64,000 nucleotides of DNA from Chiloscyllium plagiosum (lineage: Eukaryota). The DNA is taken from contig NC_057719.1 in assembly GCF_004010195.1 (NCBI RefSeq), positions 69,688,401 through 69,752,400 on the forward strand. The letters run 5' to 3'. The notes below the pieces were generated by a model. The model was not told the origin of the DNA and ran no database searches. It saw only the letters and a list, made by a program, of their open reading frames with translations. The translations under genes and the position numbers were made by a program. Positions 13,553 to 25,997 of this stretch are shown piece after piece (the first letter of the stretch is position 1; every line of letters starts with the position of its first letter).

Positions 13553-14692
13553 AGACATAAACCTTTGATCTTGTATAATTCATACAGTTATTCTTCAATT
13601 TACCAACTCCAATGTTAAAGTAGTACTATATAGTCTGAGATAACTTAGTTGCAAATCTAATGTTTTAAAACATGGATGTTATAATACATGTAAAAAAAAA
13701 TAAGCTTGGGTTTATCGTTTAGGCTATGTTGTGAGGGATTAGAAGAAATCAAAATCTGACTCACATTATAATGAGCTTACAAATACTGAAGATCGAAGAT
13801 ATTGTATTCATCAGCACTTGTGTCACTCATCGCATTGCAAATAAAAGATAAAGCAAAATAAGGTATTCTGGAATGTGCTGCATGTATGAAGATTGTGTAT
13901 CCATGTTTCATTGGTGTGGATACTTCAGAAATGCACAATGCAATCCAAGGCACTGGAATAAAGAACAAAGTCTCTGAAAGAATCTGCAACAATGAAATGT
14001 ATCAGTGATTTCCCCTGTGCTAAGCTTCCTTATCTTATTTTGATGGATGAGCACAGACTCATCTGTTTATCAGGAAATAATGTGCGGTTCATGGGACTCT
14101 TTCAAACCTGGTTATGCTGTTGCATGATAAGTAAGGAAACACCAACATCTCACTAATTTCAAATCAAATCAGCAAATCTCTTGGGTTCACCTTGTAAGCT
14201 GTTGTAAATTATCAAGTTAAATGGCAGAAACAAAACATTATAGGAAAATCTTCAAATTACCTTGCAAAGGTGATGTAAACAGTTCCACCAGAGTAATCTT
14301 TTTATTGTAAGACTTGATTTTGTTTGGGTGAGCAGTAAATGCTTTAAAATAGATATTACAATAAATGTAACAGATGGAAAACAAACTCGAGAAAGATAGC
14401 TTCTCCCCACCTACCAGTGGTTTGGATGTAACTCTATTACCTGATTGAATGCTAAGCCAAACAAAGCAGGTTCAATGCTTGAACTATGCTGTGAAAATTA
14501 ACCTTAGACAGGGTGCATAATAGATAGATGCATCTCGGCCTAATAACCTTGGGATTAGGAACAGAGATGCAAGAAAAGAAACAACAATCTAGAGTTTGCA
14601 CTCAGGATTGTAATCCAATGATTATTGTGTCAACATTTGTTTGGAATAGTTGGGTCTATCTCAATGAGTGAACTGTGTAATAGTCCAGTTGA

Positions 14693-15538
14693 TGTTATGA
14701 CTTGGTAAGTCAGATCCCAGACTGAAATGTGGCTTGATAGATCATATTTTATTTTACTTTAGTTTTAACAAAGTGATCTCTCACTGAAACATAAGCATGC
14801 AATGCCATAGAGTTTGCTTTAAACAATATAAGAAAGGTTTAGTAATGAAACAAATGATGTTAAATTAGAATAAACCAAATCATCTACTTGTAACACACAG
14901 TCAAATTATAATGCCATTAATCTCAGAACACTGCTTTATAAACTGAAAGGAAAAAGACAACAGTTTATATATTGTACTCAAAATACATGTCTGGGCCAGT
15001 ACTCCAAAACACCACTCATATAATACTCATATCAGAGTCTCTGTACCTAATACCTCAGTAGGTTTGTCATGCGTGGCTGCAGCTAGCTCTCTTGTGGCGA
15101 TATTATACACCTGAGCTTCAATGTACTCACCTTTAAGTAAACTCTTCAGGGATTTATACAAAACTTCTAGTCTGTGACTCACACTAAGAGCTCACTCAAA
15201 GGTAGTCTGATTTAATATATATCCTTCTCTTCTTCGTACCACTGTTGTATACAACCTTCCTTATCGAAGGAATTTACAGGACTGGTCCACTCCAAAGTAA
15301 AACTGAAACCCAAAGTCTCCTTCTCTAGGTTATGGGTGCTTACTTTAAACTTAAAATAAAACAAATTCCAGAAGTCTCTAATGAATCTTAAAGCCCCATT
15401 GTTTACCATGCTGGGTTATAAGTCAATCTAAGATAAACAAGAATCCATTAGCGATACACACAAACTCAAACAAGGGTTCAAAAACTGTTTTAATACATAG
15501 TGTTACCATGTCTACAAAAATACTTGCAAGTAAATTAT
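14693..15538 (-). mobile_element. Possible LTR remnant
   Basis: Starts TGTTATGAC...CTGAAATGTGGCTTGATAGATC, similar to the reverse complement of the solo-LTR end at 32960-33017; other boundary not resolved. Confidence 0.35.
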
Positions 15539-15546
15539 TAACTTCA

Positions 15547-15984
15547 AAAGGGTTCAGAAAAGATTGACAAGGATGTTGCCAGGGCTGGAAGATTTGAGCT
15601 ATAGGGAGAGATTGAATAGGCTGGGGCTTTGGAGGCTGAGGGGAGATCTTATGGAGGTTTATAAAATCATGAGGGGCATGGATAGGGCAAATAGACAAGG
15701 TATGTTTCCCTGGGGTGGGGGGGTGAGAGGGGAAAGATATAAAAGGAGCAACTTTTTTATGCAAAGAACGGTTCAGGTGTGGAATGAACTGCCAGAGGAA
15801 GTGGTGGAGGCTAGTACAATTGCAACATTTAAAAGGAAACTGGATAGGTATATGAATAGGAAAGGTTTGGAGGGATATGGGCTGGGTGCTGGCAGGTGGG
15901 ACTAGTTTGGACTGGGATATCTGGTCAGCATGGACGAGTTGGACTGAAGGGTCTGTGTCCATGTTATACATTTCTATGACTCTA
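15547..15984 (+). mobile_element. HER1/CR1 LINE 3' fragment
   Basis: TRMLPGLEDLSYRERLNRLGL...RLRGDLMEVYKIMRG...VWNELPEEVV; CTATGACTCTAT tail; 8-bp TSD TAACTTCA at 15539-15546 and 15985-15992. Confidence 0.93.
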
Positions 15985-16157
15985 TAACTTCAGATACATG
16001 GAAATTCCACATGTTAATGAACTCAAAAACCAGAAATCTAAAGGTATGAAAAGGAAAGAAGGTTTCTGGTGTTAGGGATTGTTACTATGGCAAAGGAAAT
16101 GAAACCAGTTGTTGTTTTAGTTGGATCACAGAGTAGGAAGGTTCTTCCTTAAATATG

Positions 16158-16774
16158 ATAAAAACAATGACTGCAGATGCTGGAAACCAGAGTCGAGATT
16201 AGAGTGCTGCTGGAATTGCACAGCAGTTCAGGCAGCATCGAGGAGCAGTAAAATCGACGTTTTGGGCAAAAGCCCTTCATCAGGAATACAGGCAGAGAGC
16301 ATGAAGGGTGGAGAGATAAATGAGAGGAGGGTGGGGGTGGCGAGAAAATAGCATAGAGTACAGTAGGTGAATCAATTTTACTGCTCCTCGGATGCTGCCT
16401 GAACTGCTGTGCTTTTCGAGCACCACTCTAATCTAGACTCTGGTTTCCAGCATCTGCAGTCATTGTTTTTACCTAGTTGATTTTAACCCTATTGTGAATC
16501 CTCTTGCAAGGATGCCTGCCTTGAAGAAGTTTTCCTCCTCTCTCTACAAGAATCTCAGGGAGTCTCTCTCCCACTGCAACTCCCAGGTCATTTCCTCTGC
16601 CCTGAAGCTCTTATGCTACTTTCTCCCCACCCCCCCCCTCCGCTCATTTATCTCTCCACCCTTCATGCTCTCTGCCTGTATTCCTGATGAAGGGCTTTTG
16701 CCCAAAACGTCGATTTTACTGCTCCTCGGATGCTGCCTGAACTGCTGTGCTCTTCCAGCACCATTCTAATCTAG
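16158..16774 (+). mobile_element. Penelope-like insertion: inverted pLTR arm, 5' pLTR/ORF-start segment, internal deletion, 3' pLTR
   Basis: 14-bp TSD CTTCCTTAAATATG at 16144-16157 and 16775-16788; three pLTR copies share the TTTTACTGCTCC variant. Confidence 0.92.
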
Positions 16775-19164
16775 CTTCCTTAAATATGCACAGAGGGCTC
16801 TACTTAACTCATAAGGCAGGAACTGCAATTTTGGACAGAAGCCTGTTTGAAGAAACTATTGTGACCAACCAGAAAAAAAATTGGGGTTGTAAGAATAATG
16901 AAAAAGGAAGTCTCTTTTATTTTGCTTTCCTTGTGAGATTAGGAAGAGCTTAAATACAGCTACAGGTCTCACAGGGATAGTTTTGATCTACACTGCCACG
17001 GCTTCTTGCCCTCCCCTGTGCCAATCTCCTTCTCAACCACTAACTCACATCTTAGAGACCAATCAGCATGCATGGAATTGTTGTCAACTGCTTATCACAC
17101 AATGTTCTACTCTACCCCACTGTCAGCTGTCATGTCCTGAGTGACAGGTTGTTCAGGACCTAAATCTTCTTGGCATCTTGTTGTTGAGGTCTGAATAGTT
17201 TGCTGTCTCCTTGAGCCTTACCCACGTGACTCCTGTCCATATTTTAACACACGTGTCAATTTGTGCTATTTTAATGCCTACCACGTTCCGAAGAGGTGCA
17301 CAAGAATCTTACCAAATCAGTTTGGAATGAATTGAAATATAGGTCACAGAGGATGAATTATCCCGATTTCCACTTCCACCTCTAATAATTATTTTTAATT
17401 CAGCATCTTGCAATGGCTGGAGTAATATAATGTTTTGATTCTTTTTTCCCAAGGTTCTGTCTTTAACACCCACATCATCCCAACAGTGTAGAACCTGTGT
17501 ATAGCTGAATGATACTGGTACTACTGTGTTATCCATGTGGGAAGTAAGGGAAGTTTAGCTATTCAAATAGATGATAGTCATGTTTATGGGCTTCAAATTT
17601 AACCTTGCCTGCTGATAAAATTGCCTGAGACTGTAAATAGGGTAAAAATAGTGGCAAGAGGGTGAAAACCAAATACCTGCACCACATTTTGAAATGGTTC
17701 TGCATTATTAAGTCACCATGAGTTGTCCTTTTGCCCCAAAGGCCCTGGAAACACAAAGTAAAGAACTGAAATTTCTCCCACACTATGAATTATTCAGATC
17801 ATTACTTTGTCACATTGTTACATAGAGTTCTCTTGCCTCCTGCAATTTAAATTCAGAGCATCAGCATTGCCAGCTGTTAATTGCCAGCTAGTTCTGTAAC
17901 TCAGTTACATCCCACTGCATGGGACTCTTTTCTGATACTGTTACATGAAAGGTTTTACATTCTCTGTGAAATTCTAAAGCTCAGCAAGATACTGGATGGT
18001 ACAGTCAAAGGCAGTAATCCTGGAAGAAGCTAACAAGCTTGTCTTTATATAGGGACAAATGGGTTGGCAGAGAAATCTGTTTGCTGGGGCCACACAGCTT
18101 ATCTGAACAAAGTGGTCTTCTAATGGAAGTGGGTGATTTTTAGATTCCTCTCAGCTCCACAGGTCTCATTTTTCTCGATTGTATTTTGGTTTTGACTATT
18201 TCCATTCATTGCACTACAAAATGCAACTGCAATATTTGACATTTCTTTTACTGAGAAACCAAGGTGAAAGGTCAGGAACAATAGTGAAAAATTTCAAGAT
18301 AAATATCGCCAAGGACATTTTAGCTCATCCATTCAGAAAATCCTCACATTCTCCCAGCGTGGGGTGCCACAGTTATATTATTTTCCAGTTTTCTTTTGCC
18401 TCGAATGCCCTATCCGGACATCCATTGCAACTATCAACCACTTTTCCTTCCTAATTAATTCTAAATTTGTCTTTCATCTCTTTCACCCCTTGTCTTTTTG
18501 TTCTATTTCATTGGTTTTGTTTGAAATAACTTTCCAGAGTAACCCTCTCTGTGTCAATTGCTATCTTCAACATATTTGAGGATATCTTTTCATCATTTCT
18601 TTGCAAGCTTTGAAAGTTGAATTTTATTTCACCTTTCCTCATGCATCTGTCTATCAGTGCTGAAGATCAGCTATGGGACTCCTATTTGCACCTTTCCAAG
18701 GGTAGCATTTTTTTTGTTTTTTTTCTGACCAATGTAAAGTTTGAGCTTCGCTACATCTAAAATGAATTGTATTACTTTGGACAGATATTCTAATGTCCTA
18801 TTTTGATCAAATATCAAACAGAATTCACTTTTACAGCAATGTTTCCTTCCTCAGGAATTATCTTCTGCTCTGACATATTCCACAAGCTTTTCAAACTTAA
18901 CACACCCATATTTATAGATATTGTCAATATATGCAGCGAATCACTGTTCTCACCGTAATCTGAAATCCACTTTCAACAGTACGTGCAACCCCATACATCT
19001 TCTTGACTTCTCTCTCCAAGGGCATTGCCTACTCTGTGTTGCTCTGACTCATCCTTGACACCATCTGGCCCTTTAACAAAAAATATTTTTCATTTGTTCT
19101 GATGTCAAGGGTCACAAATTTCAACAACTCTTGCACAACAGCACTTCTAGACTCTTCTTTGCTC

Positions 19165-20970
19165 GACATAAGAACATTAGAATTGGGAGCAGGAATAGGC
19201 AATTCAGCCTCTCATGCTTGCTTTGCCAGTTGATATGATAATGGCTCATCTCATCTGGACCTCAACTCCTTTCCTGCTTGTTCTCCATAACCCTTTAATC
19301 CATTACGAATTAAATATCTGTCTACCTCCTCCTTAAATTTACTCAATGTCCCAGCATCTATCATACTCCAGTGTGGTGAATTCCACAGATTCACAAACTT
19401 TTGAAAGAAGTAATTTCTTCTCATCTCTGTTTTAAATCTGCTACCATTTACCCCAAAATTACAAACTCTCATTTAAATTGTTATACATGAAGTAACGTCC
19501 TTTCTATGTCAACATTGCCAATCCCTTTAGCATCTTATGTACCTCAATTAGATCTCCTCCCATTCTTCTAAACTCTGGAGAGTTTCTGCCTCTCTCAATC
19601 ACTCTTTTATTTCCCAAGATGGCAGTGGAGCTTGGGGCTCATCTGATCCCATTGGCTTTCATTCTTTTCTTCATTTTTCTTTAGCATTTTTTGTTTTCTT
19701 CTTTTTTTCTTCATTTGTCTTTTTTGTTAAGTCTGGAAAGTTAATTCTGGAGAGTGGCAGATGATGGGGGAGACCTCCAGTGGCAGCAATAGCAGCAGCG
19801 GCAGCAACATCTGGGCAAGCTGGACATGCTTCTACCCCAGTCCAGGGCCTCCCAGTGAGCAAGGAAGAGGTCACTGGCTAGGCCGAGGCTCCATGTCTAC
19901 GGCTAGACATGTGCACCATAAGAAGGAGAAGTGGTGATCTCAGCACAGTCTTGCCCCAATGAGCAGGTCTTCTTCAACATCAGCTTCCAGGTATTTTAGC
20001 GGCCCAGCATGGCAGGCTCACCCCGACTGTGTCTTCAAGGTATTCCATTATTCCTTGAGTCTTTCCTCGAGCCCAAAAGCTGTTAAGTGAACAGTGATGA
20101 ACATTGCCTTAATTTTACTTTTTTCTTCTTATTATTTATGACTTCTGTCATTGATATAGGTACCATGTTGGGGCAACGTATGAAACTTTTACTATATTTT
20201 TCATGTAATGGTACACATGAAAATAATATCAATTCTCTTCTCTTCTATTCTGATAAGACAAATCCTTCATCTGTGGAACCAATCTCGAGAACCTCCTCTG
20301 AACTACTTCCAATGAAATTACGTTCCTCCTCAAATAAGGGAACCAAAACTGTACACAATACTCCCGACTGTGGTGACACTAATGCCTTGCACAGTTGCAG
20401 TAACACTTCCCTAATTTTATGCTCTATTCCTTTAACAATTAATGTGAAAATTCCACTAACCTTCCTCATTACCTGCTGAACCTTCATACTAGTTTTTGGT
20501 GATTCATGAATGACGATACCCCAATCCCTCTGCATCAAAGAACTCTGAAATTTCTCTCCATTTAAGTAATAAGTTACCTTTCTATTCTTCTATGCAAAAT
20601 GAATACCCTCACACTGAACTCCAAATTTTGACACATTCACCTTTCCTATGTCCATTTGCAATTTTCTTATTTCTTCATCAAAACTTACTTGTCTCATCTT
20701 TTTAGCGTCATCTGAAAATTTGGCTAATTTCTATTGGGCTCCATCCAAATCACTAAGATATTTCTAAATAGTTGGTACCTGAGGACTGAACATTATGGCG
20801 CCCAATTAGTATATTTAGCTAACCAGAAAAAGACCCATGCTTTCTGTTGGTTAGCCAATCCTCTATCCATGCTTTCTTACTTTGTGATCTTACTTTGTGC
20901 ATTAACCTTTTGTGTGGTACCTTATCAAATGCCTTCTGGAAGTCCAAATATACTGTATCTACAAGATTTC
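19165..20970 (-). mobile_element. CR1-type LINE 3' region, split by the insertion at 19613-20250
   Basis: FKTEMRRNYFFQKFVNLWNS and QRDWGIVIHES...VLLQLCKALVSP in the ORF track; CATAAGAACAT tail. Confidence 0.85.
19613..20250 (+). mobile_element. Non-autonomous retroposon nested in CR1
   Basis: CCCAAGATGGC head; GTACACATGAAAATAA and (TTCTC)n tail; CR1 sequence resumes on both sides. Confidence 0.6.
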
Positions 20971-21294
20971 CCATTATTTGTATTGCTTGTTATTCCTTTA
21001 AAAACTACATCTATTCCTTTTATCAATCTCACCCTGTGCATTATTTTTACTAAACACTTTGACTCTCCCTAAATGATCAGTAAAAACAATTCCTTCCCAA
21101 CACCATCTCAACAAATTTCAAGGTTGGCATGACACTGAGCTCTTCTTCCTCATTTTAGTCTAGATGTTCTTTCCATATTTTTGGCAGAATCTTCTTCCCA
21201 CGCTATGGAATCATTCTCGCATATTCAGCATTCCACTTCCGCTCCTTCTGCTGGCCTCTTGATCTTTCACTGTGAACTTCTGGTATGACTTTAG

Positions 21295-21601
21295 AATTTT
21301 TTAGAATCCCTACTGTGTGGAAACAGACCCTCCAGTCCAACAATTCCACACCGACCCTCTGAAGAGTAACCCATTCTGACCCATTCCTCTATATTTATCC
21401 TGACTCACGCACCTAACCTATACATCCCAGAACACTATGGGCAATTTAGCATGGCCAATTTACTTAATCTACACATCTTTGGATTTTGGGAGGAAACTGG
21501 AGCACCCAGAGGAAACCCACGCAGATACAGGGAGAATGTGCAAACTCCACACAGATAGTTGTCCGCAGCTGGAATTGAACCACTGTGCCACTGTGTCGCC
21601 C
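21295..21601 (-). mobile_element. HE1-type SINE with a head deletion
   Basis: Reverse complement GGGCGACACAGTGGCACAGTGGTTCAATTCC..., full core and tail. Confidence 0.92.
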
Positions 21602-22519
21602 TCAAAGTTTTCCAATCCATTTATGAACTTTAACCAATTCCCCCTGAACTCTGTTTTCTCAGGCCCAAACTGAACATTGTTGTTAAAACAGCTAACAGGA
21701 ATGATGTTGCTGTTATTTGGCAAACCATCCATTACCAACTGGAGACTCACACCAACTCTTCAATATCAGCCCTCACCTCCTGTTGGAGCATTGCCCCAAA
21801 ACAGTTGACCACTATTTCCCAGATTATCACTGATTCCATTTCCTTTAGGGATTTCCTTTTATGGCCTCCAACTCATTCACCAAATATGGCATGGTGTTAT
21901 TTTACTTTTCTTCTGTGATCCACAACCAACACTAGTTGATCAACTGTGTAATTCCGGCATGCCCTGCCCTACAGAACCTATGTTTCTTGTGTCTTGTATC
22001 TTCTTTCAAAATCCCTCTGAGAATCTAATGATCTCCAGTTTCCTGACCCAATTGTTTCCTTTTCACCCAGGGTGTTCAATCCTTCTACAGTTCCAAACCT
22101 ACCAAGAAGCTCTCTGCTTCTTCACTGACCAAAGGCCTGTCCAATTCCCATTCCACCACCAACCATCTTTGCTTGGTTGAATTAAACAATATTTCCTCTC
22201 CTCCTTCTTTCAAATAAGCAGTGTTGCTATGGGTACCCACATGGGTCTTAATTGCCTCTTTTTTGGATATAGGAGACATTATTTGTTCCTGTTCTGCTCA
22301 GGCCCTATGTCTCAGCTGTTTTTTTTAGGACATTCGTAACTTTAGCAGCATTGGTCCTGCTCTTTCCCATAATTCAATGATTTCAGAAACTTATCATACA
22401 ATGTTCTACCCTTTATGTCACCTCTTCATTGTCTGCCCTTAGCTCTTTCCTGTCTTCAATTGCTCTTTCTCCAATACTGGAGATGGCTAGCAGCCACTAT
22501 TCATAATAAACCAAACAAG

Positions 22520-22627
22520 AATTTCAGAAGAAAGGTCACTGGACACGAAACATTAACTCTGATATCTCTCTACAGATGCTGCCAGACCTGCTGAATTTTT
22601 CCAGCAATTTCTGTTTTTGTTTCTGAC
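22520..22627 (+). mobile_element. PLE pLTR fragment (second family) nested in the older PLE
   Basis: GAAGAAAGGTCACTGGACACGAAACATTAACTCTG...GATGCTGCCAGACCTGCTG; homologous to the arms at 31942-32178. Confidence 0.75.
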
Positions 22628-24014
22628 ACGCACTAGTTAGTTTGACTATACTTGCTCTCAATCTGCTTTTATTCCATTTTCCCAATTTCATCGTATTTGT
22701 TTTGATGATGACATCTTCCATAGAAAAGTCTACTATATACTCTCCTTTGCCTCAAAGATTACACTCTATTGTAGTTGACGATGCCAGTTCCATTTCTCAG
22801 ATTTCTGCTCTCATTCCTTCCTCTTCTTCCCAGAATTATTCTCTTGCTCTCACATCAGCCTTTCGATTCAATGCATCATTCTCTACCATTTCTCCTGATG
22901 AGATTCCACCATTAAACATCTCTTCTTTCCCCTTTCAGCATTCTGAAGACAGCATTCTGAAGGGACCATTTCCTCCATAATACTCTGACCAATATTCAGT
23001 CATTCCCAAAGCCCTATCTCCATCCCATTGCACTTTAAGTACATTATTTGGTGTTTTATCTCCTCTCTTTCCAGTGTCCAGTGCATTAAACATTCTTCGC
23101 AGATTAAATTTGCCTGTACTTCTTTGAATTTAATCTGTGTATTCACTCCTCATCCTGCAACCTGCTTTAAACTGGTCAGATTAAATACAGATTGCTTGAT
23201 TGGCCAGTGTATAGAAGTTAACAATCGTGACTGATTTTCCAGCCACCTGCCATTTTAATTCTCTATGTCATTCCCACAGTAACTGCTCTGTCCTCTGTCT
23301 GACACTGTTCCAGTAATGTTCAACTGCTGCTAAAGCAACAGCGCCTCTCCTCTTGATTAAATGCACGACAGTCTTTCAAATTCAATACTGAGTTCAACAA
23401 CTCAAATCAAATTTCTGCTCCTGCTTTTTTCATATGTCGGCTGATGATTCTGCTACTGCCGTTAAATCTCTTCCAGATGCATCATTTGTTTCTTTATATG
23501 TGCCATGACTACCTCCTTTAATCTTGCACCAGCATCCCTTGCATCATTTTATATTTCCTGCCTTCCAACCTGTTACACACCTTCTCTTTGACCATTCTGA
23601 ATGTTATCCTATCCCCTTGCCCCTGTCTTAGCTTGGAGTCACTTACATCTTGAATAATTTACAGTTTGGATGAAAGGTCATTGCTCTGAAATGTTCATTC
23701 TACTTCGCTCTCCACAGATGCCGCCTGGTCTTTTGAGCATTTCCAGCATGCTTCGTTTTTATTCTACTAACTTCATTGATGCTGTTCTTTCCTGGATTGG
23801 ACATATTAGGTTAAAAGGCTAAAAGGGAAGGTGAAACAAATATGGGATCTAGATTAGTTTGATGCCCAATTCAGTTTTAAAATACTTGAGGATTTTTGGA
23901 GGACAGGAAGCCTGAGGAAATAAAGCTCTGTGTATGAAGTTTCTGGAAAATAATGAGATATGATAAAAAGACTGTGGTGAGTTAAACTGATGCCCAGTGT
24001 GGTTTCCCAAGTAG

Positions 24015-24280
24015 TTCAGATAGATGTTGAAGATTCCATCGGATTGATCAAAAGAACTAGAGGGAGCTCTCTAATATCCCCAGTGAACAATCCTTCCCCA
24101 ACCCAAAAAAATTGTATTATTTTTCTTGATGCTGCTTGAAGAATCTTGCTATGTGCAGAATAGCAGCAGGATTTGCTACATGATGAGAAATACTGCACTT
24201 CAAAATACATCAAGTGCATGCATTTCTTTGGGGCAGCTCTGACAGATATGATGAGCCTCTCTATCAATGTAAGCGTCATA
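24015..24280 (+). mobile_element. Deu-domain (SacSINE1/AmnSINE-like) SINE remnant
   Basis: GATGTTGAAGATTCCAT...TCTTGCTATGTGCAGAATAGC...CACTTCAAAA matches recalled Deu-SINE body. Confidence 0.55.
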
Positions 24281-24332
24281 TTTTAAAGTAGAGATATGTA
24301 TGAATTACACAATGGAATAATGTGTATTTAAA

Positions 24333-24522
24333 CTAGGTAAAAACAAGGACTGCAAATGCTGGAGACCAGGTTCTAGATTAGAGTGGTTCTGGAAAAGCAC
24401 AGCAGTTCAGGCAGCATCCGAGGAGCAGGAAAATCAAAGGGCTTTTGCCCGAAACGTCGATTTTCCTGTTCCTTGGATGCTGCCCGAACTGCTATGCTTT
24501 TCCAGCACCACTCTAATCTAGA
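24333..24522 (+). mobile_element. Miniature palindromic PLE insertion
   Basis: Tail-extended inverted arm then sense arm; candidate 7-bp TSD ATTTAAA at 24326-24332 and 24523-24529. Confidence 0.88.
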
Positions 24523-24780
24523 ATTTAAAGCCCATAGTATTTTAAACAGAATATTTATGGTCATATACTGTCCCTTAATGTCATGAGAAAGTATGGGGTC
24601 GGTGGAATCTTCTGAGCCCACTCGGAATTTTAAAAAGACAGGGGCATGAGAGTAACTTAAGTGGGTGGAGACCAAAATAGCAACTCATGACATTAGGTGA
24701 GAGTTTTGTCGAAATTGTCAGAAATTTTTATGTGGATCAGCCTTCTTGACTGTGATGCTTAGGAATTCCTTGCATTTATT

Positions 24781-24912
24781 AGATTAGATTAGATTAGATT
24801 AGATTAGATTAGATTAGATTAGATTCCCTACAGTGTGGAAACAGGCCCTTCGGCCCAACAATTCCACACCGACCCTCCAAAGAGCAACCCACCCCAAACC
24901 CATTCCCCTACA
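24781..24912 (-). mobile_element. HE1-type SINE 3' fragment with expanded tail, (AGATT)9 at 24781-24825
   Basis: Nine perfect AGATT units adjoining CCCTACAGTGTGGAAACAGGCCC. Confidence 0.92.
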
Positions 24913-25785
24913 ATCTCATGCTATGATGATGGATCAGAACCCCAAAGAATTCATGGAAATTTTCATTCCAAGCTGTATTTTTTCTGAATGGAAAAAAACC
25001 TGCAACAGTAAAAGAAAAGTCGAGAATATAAATTCATTGATCATTTGACAAAATCTGATGCAAATATCAATGAAACGTCAAACATTTAATTGCCAGGAAA
25101 ACTTCAAACAATGAGAAGTTTAACAAGAAGAGATAATGAGGTGGGGGGAAGACTTTTTTTATAATAGCTTCATATCGGCTCCTCAGAACTTGGAGACTGA
25201 TATGTAAATCTTTATTTAAAATTTTTATTTTTTTGTCCCCATGTCTTATTTTGAATCTGTGTGTATATTTACATGATAATTTGCTATATATTTACATGTA
25301 TAGCAAATAATAAATTAACTTTTTTTATTAATTCAAGAAAGTCTGGTTAAATTGGTTCATTCTAAAACCATCAATTCATTTGAATCTGGGAGAATGGTAT
25401 CTGCAAGCGAATAGATGATTTTGAAACTAAACTTGTTGTGACCAACCAAGGAGCAAGAGAATAATGAAAGGGAACCAGTTCATCCCTCCAAATCCAAGAG
25501 TTTAACAATGTGCTCTGATGCCAGCAAATTTATCCAGGGCTCAAAACAGCAAGAGCTGAACAGAAAAATGAATGTGACAAGAAATGATTTCCTATATTTT
25601 AGCCAACATAACATATATCACAAGACAAGGGTTCTTGTTGAGACAGATATCTAGAAGTGTATTAATATCAAACTACCTGCACTAATATGTTATCTCAGAC
25701 TTACATTTGGTCTGTGTTATATGCTTCATGTTACTGCTACATTATGCACATAGTTAACTGATCAACTGACTGTCATAGATTAACT

Positions 25786-25997
25786 AGGTTAAAAACAATG
25801 ACTGCAGATGCTGGAAACCAGATTCTGGATCAGTGGTGCTGGAAGGGCACAGCAGTTCAGACAGTATCCGAGGAGCTTCAGCAAAATCGACGTTTCGGAG
25901 TTTTCTGATGAGGGCTTTTGCCCGAAACGTCAATTTTGCTGAAGCTCCTCGATGCTGCCTGAACTGCTGTGCCCTTCCAGCACCATTGATCCAGAAT
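25786..25997 (+). mobile_element. Miniature palindromic PLE insertion
   Basis: 16-bp TSD CTGTCATAGATTAACT at 25770-25785 and 25998-26013; both arms share private variants. Confidence 0.92.
25905..25931 (+). ncRNA. Minimal type-I hammerhead ribozyme-like core
   Basis: CUGAUGA-GGGC-UUUU-GCCC-GAAA-CG-UC; stem I is weak, so activity is uncertain. Confidence 0.6.

Larger units (their letters stand above)
21085..23765 (+). mobile_element. Near full-length, heavily decayed Penelope-like element (N-terminus, RT, GIY-YIG, pLTR)
   Basis: HDTELFF near 21130; RT motif B FFQISSVAMGTHMG near 22205-22245; KFACTSLNL near 23105; pLTR at 23640-23765. Interrupted at 21295 and 22520. Confidence 0.75.

Noticed and set aside
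24781..24825. CRISPR-like array
   Set aside because: Simple tandem repeat without spacers in eukaryotic DNA.
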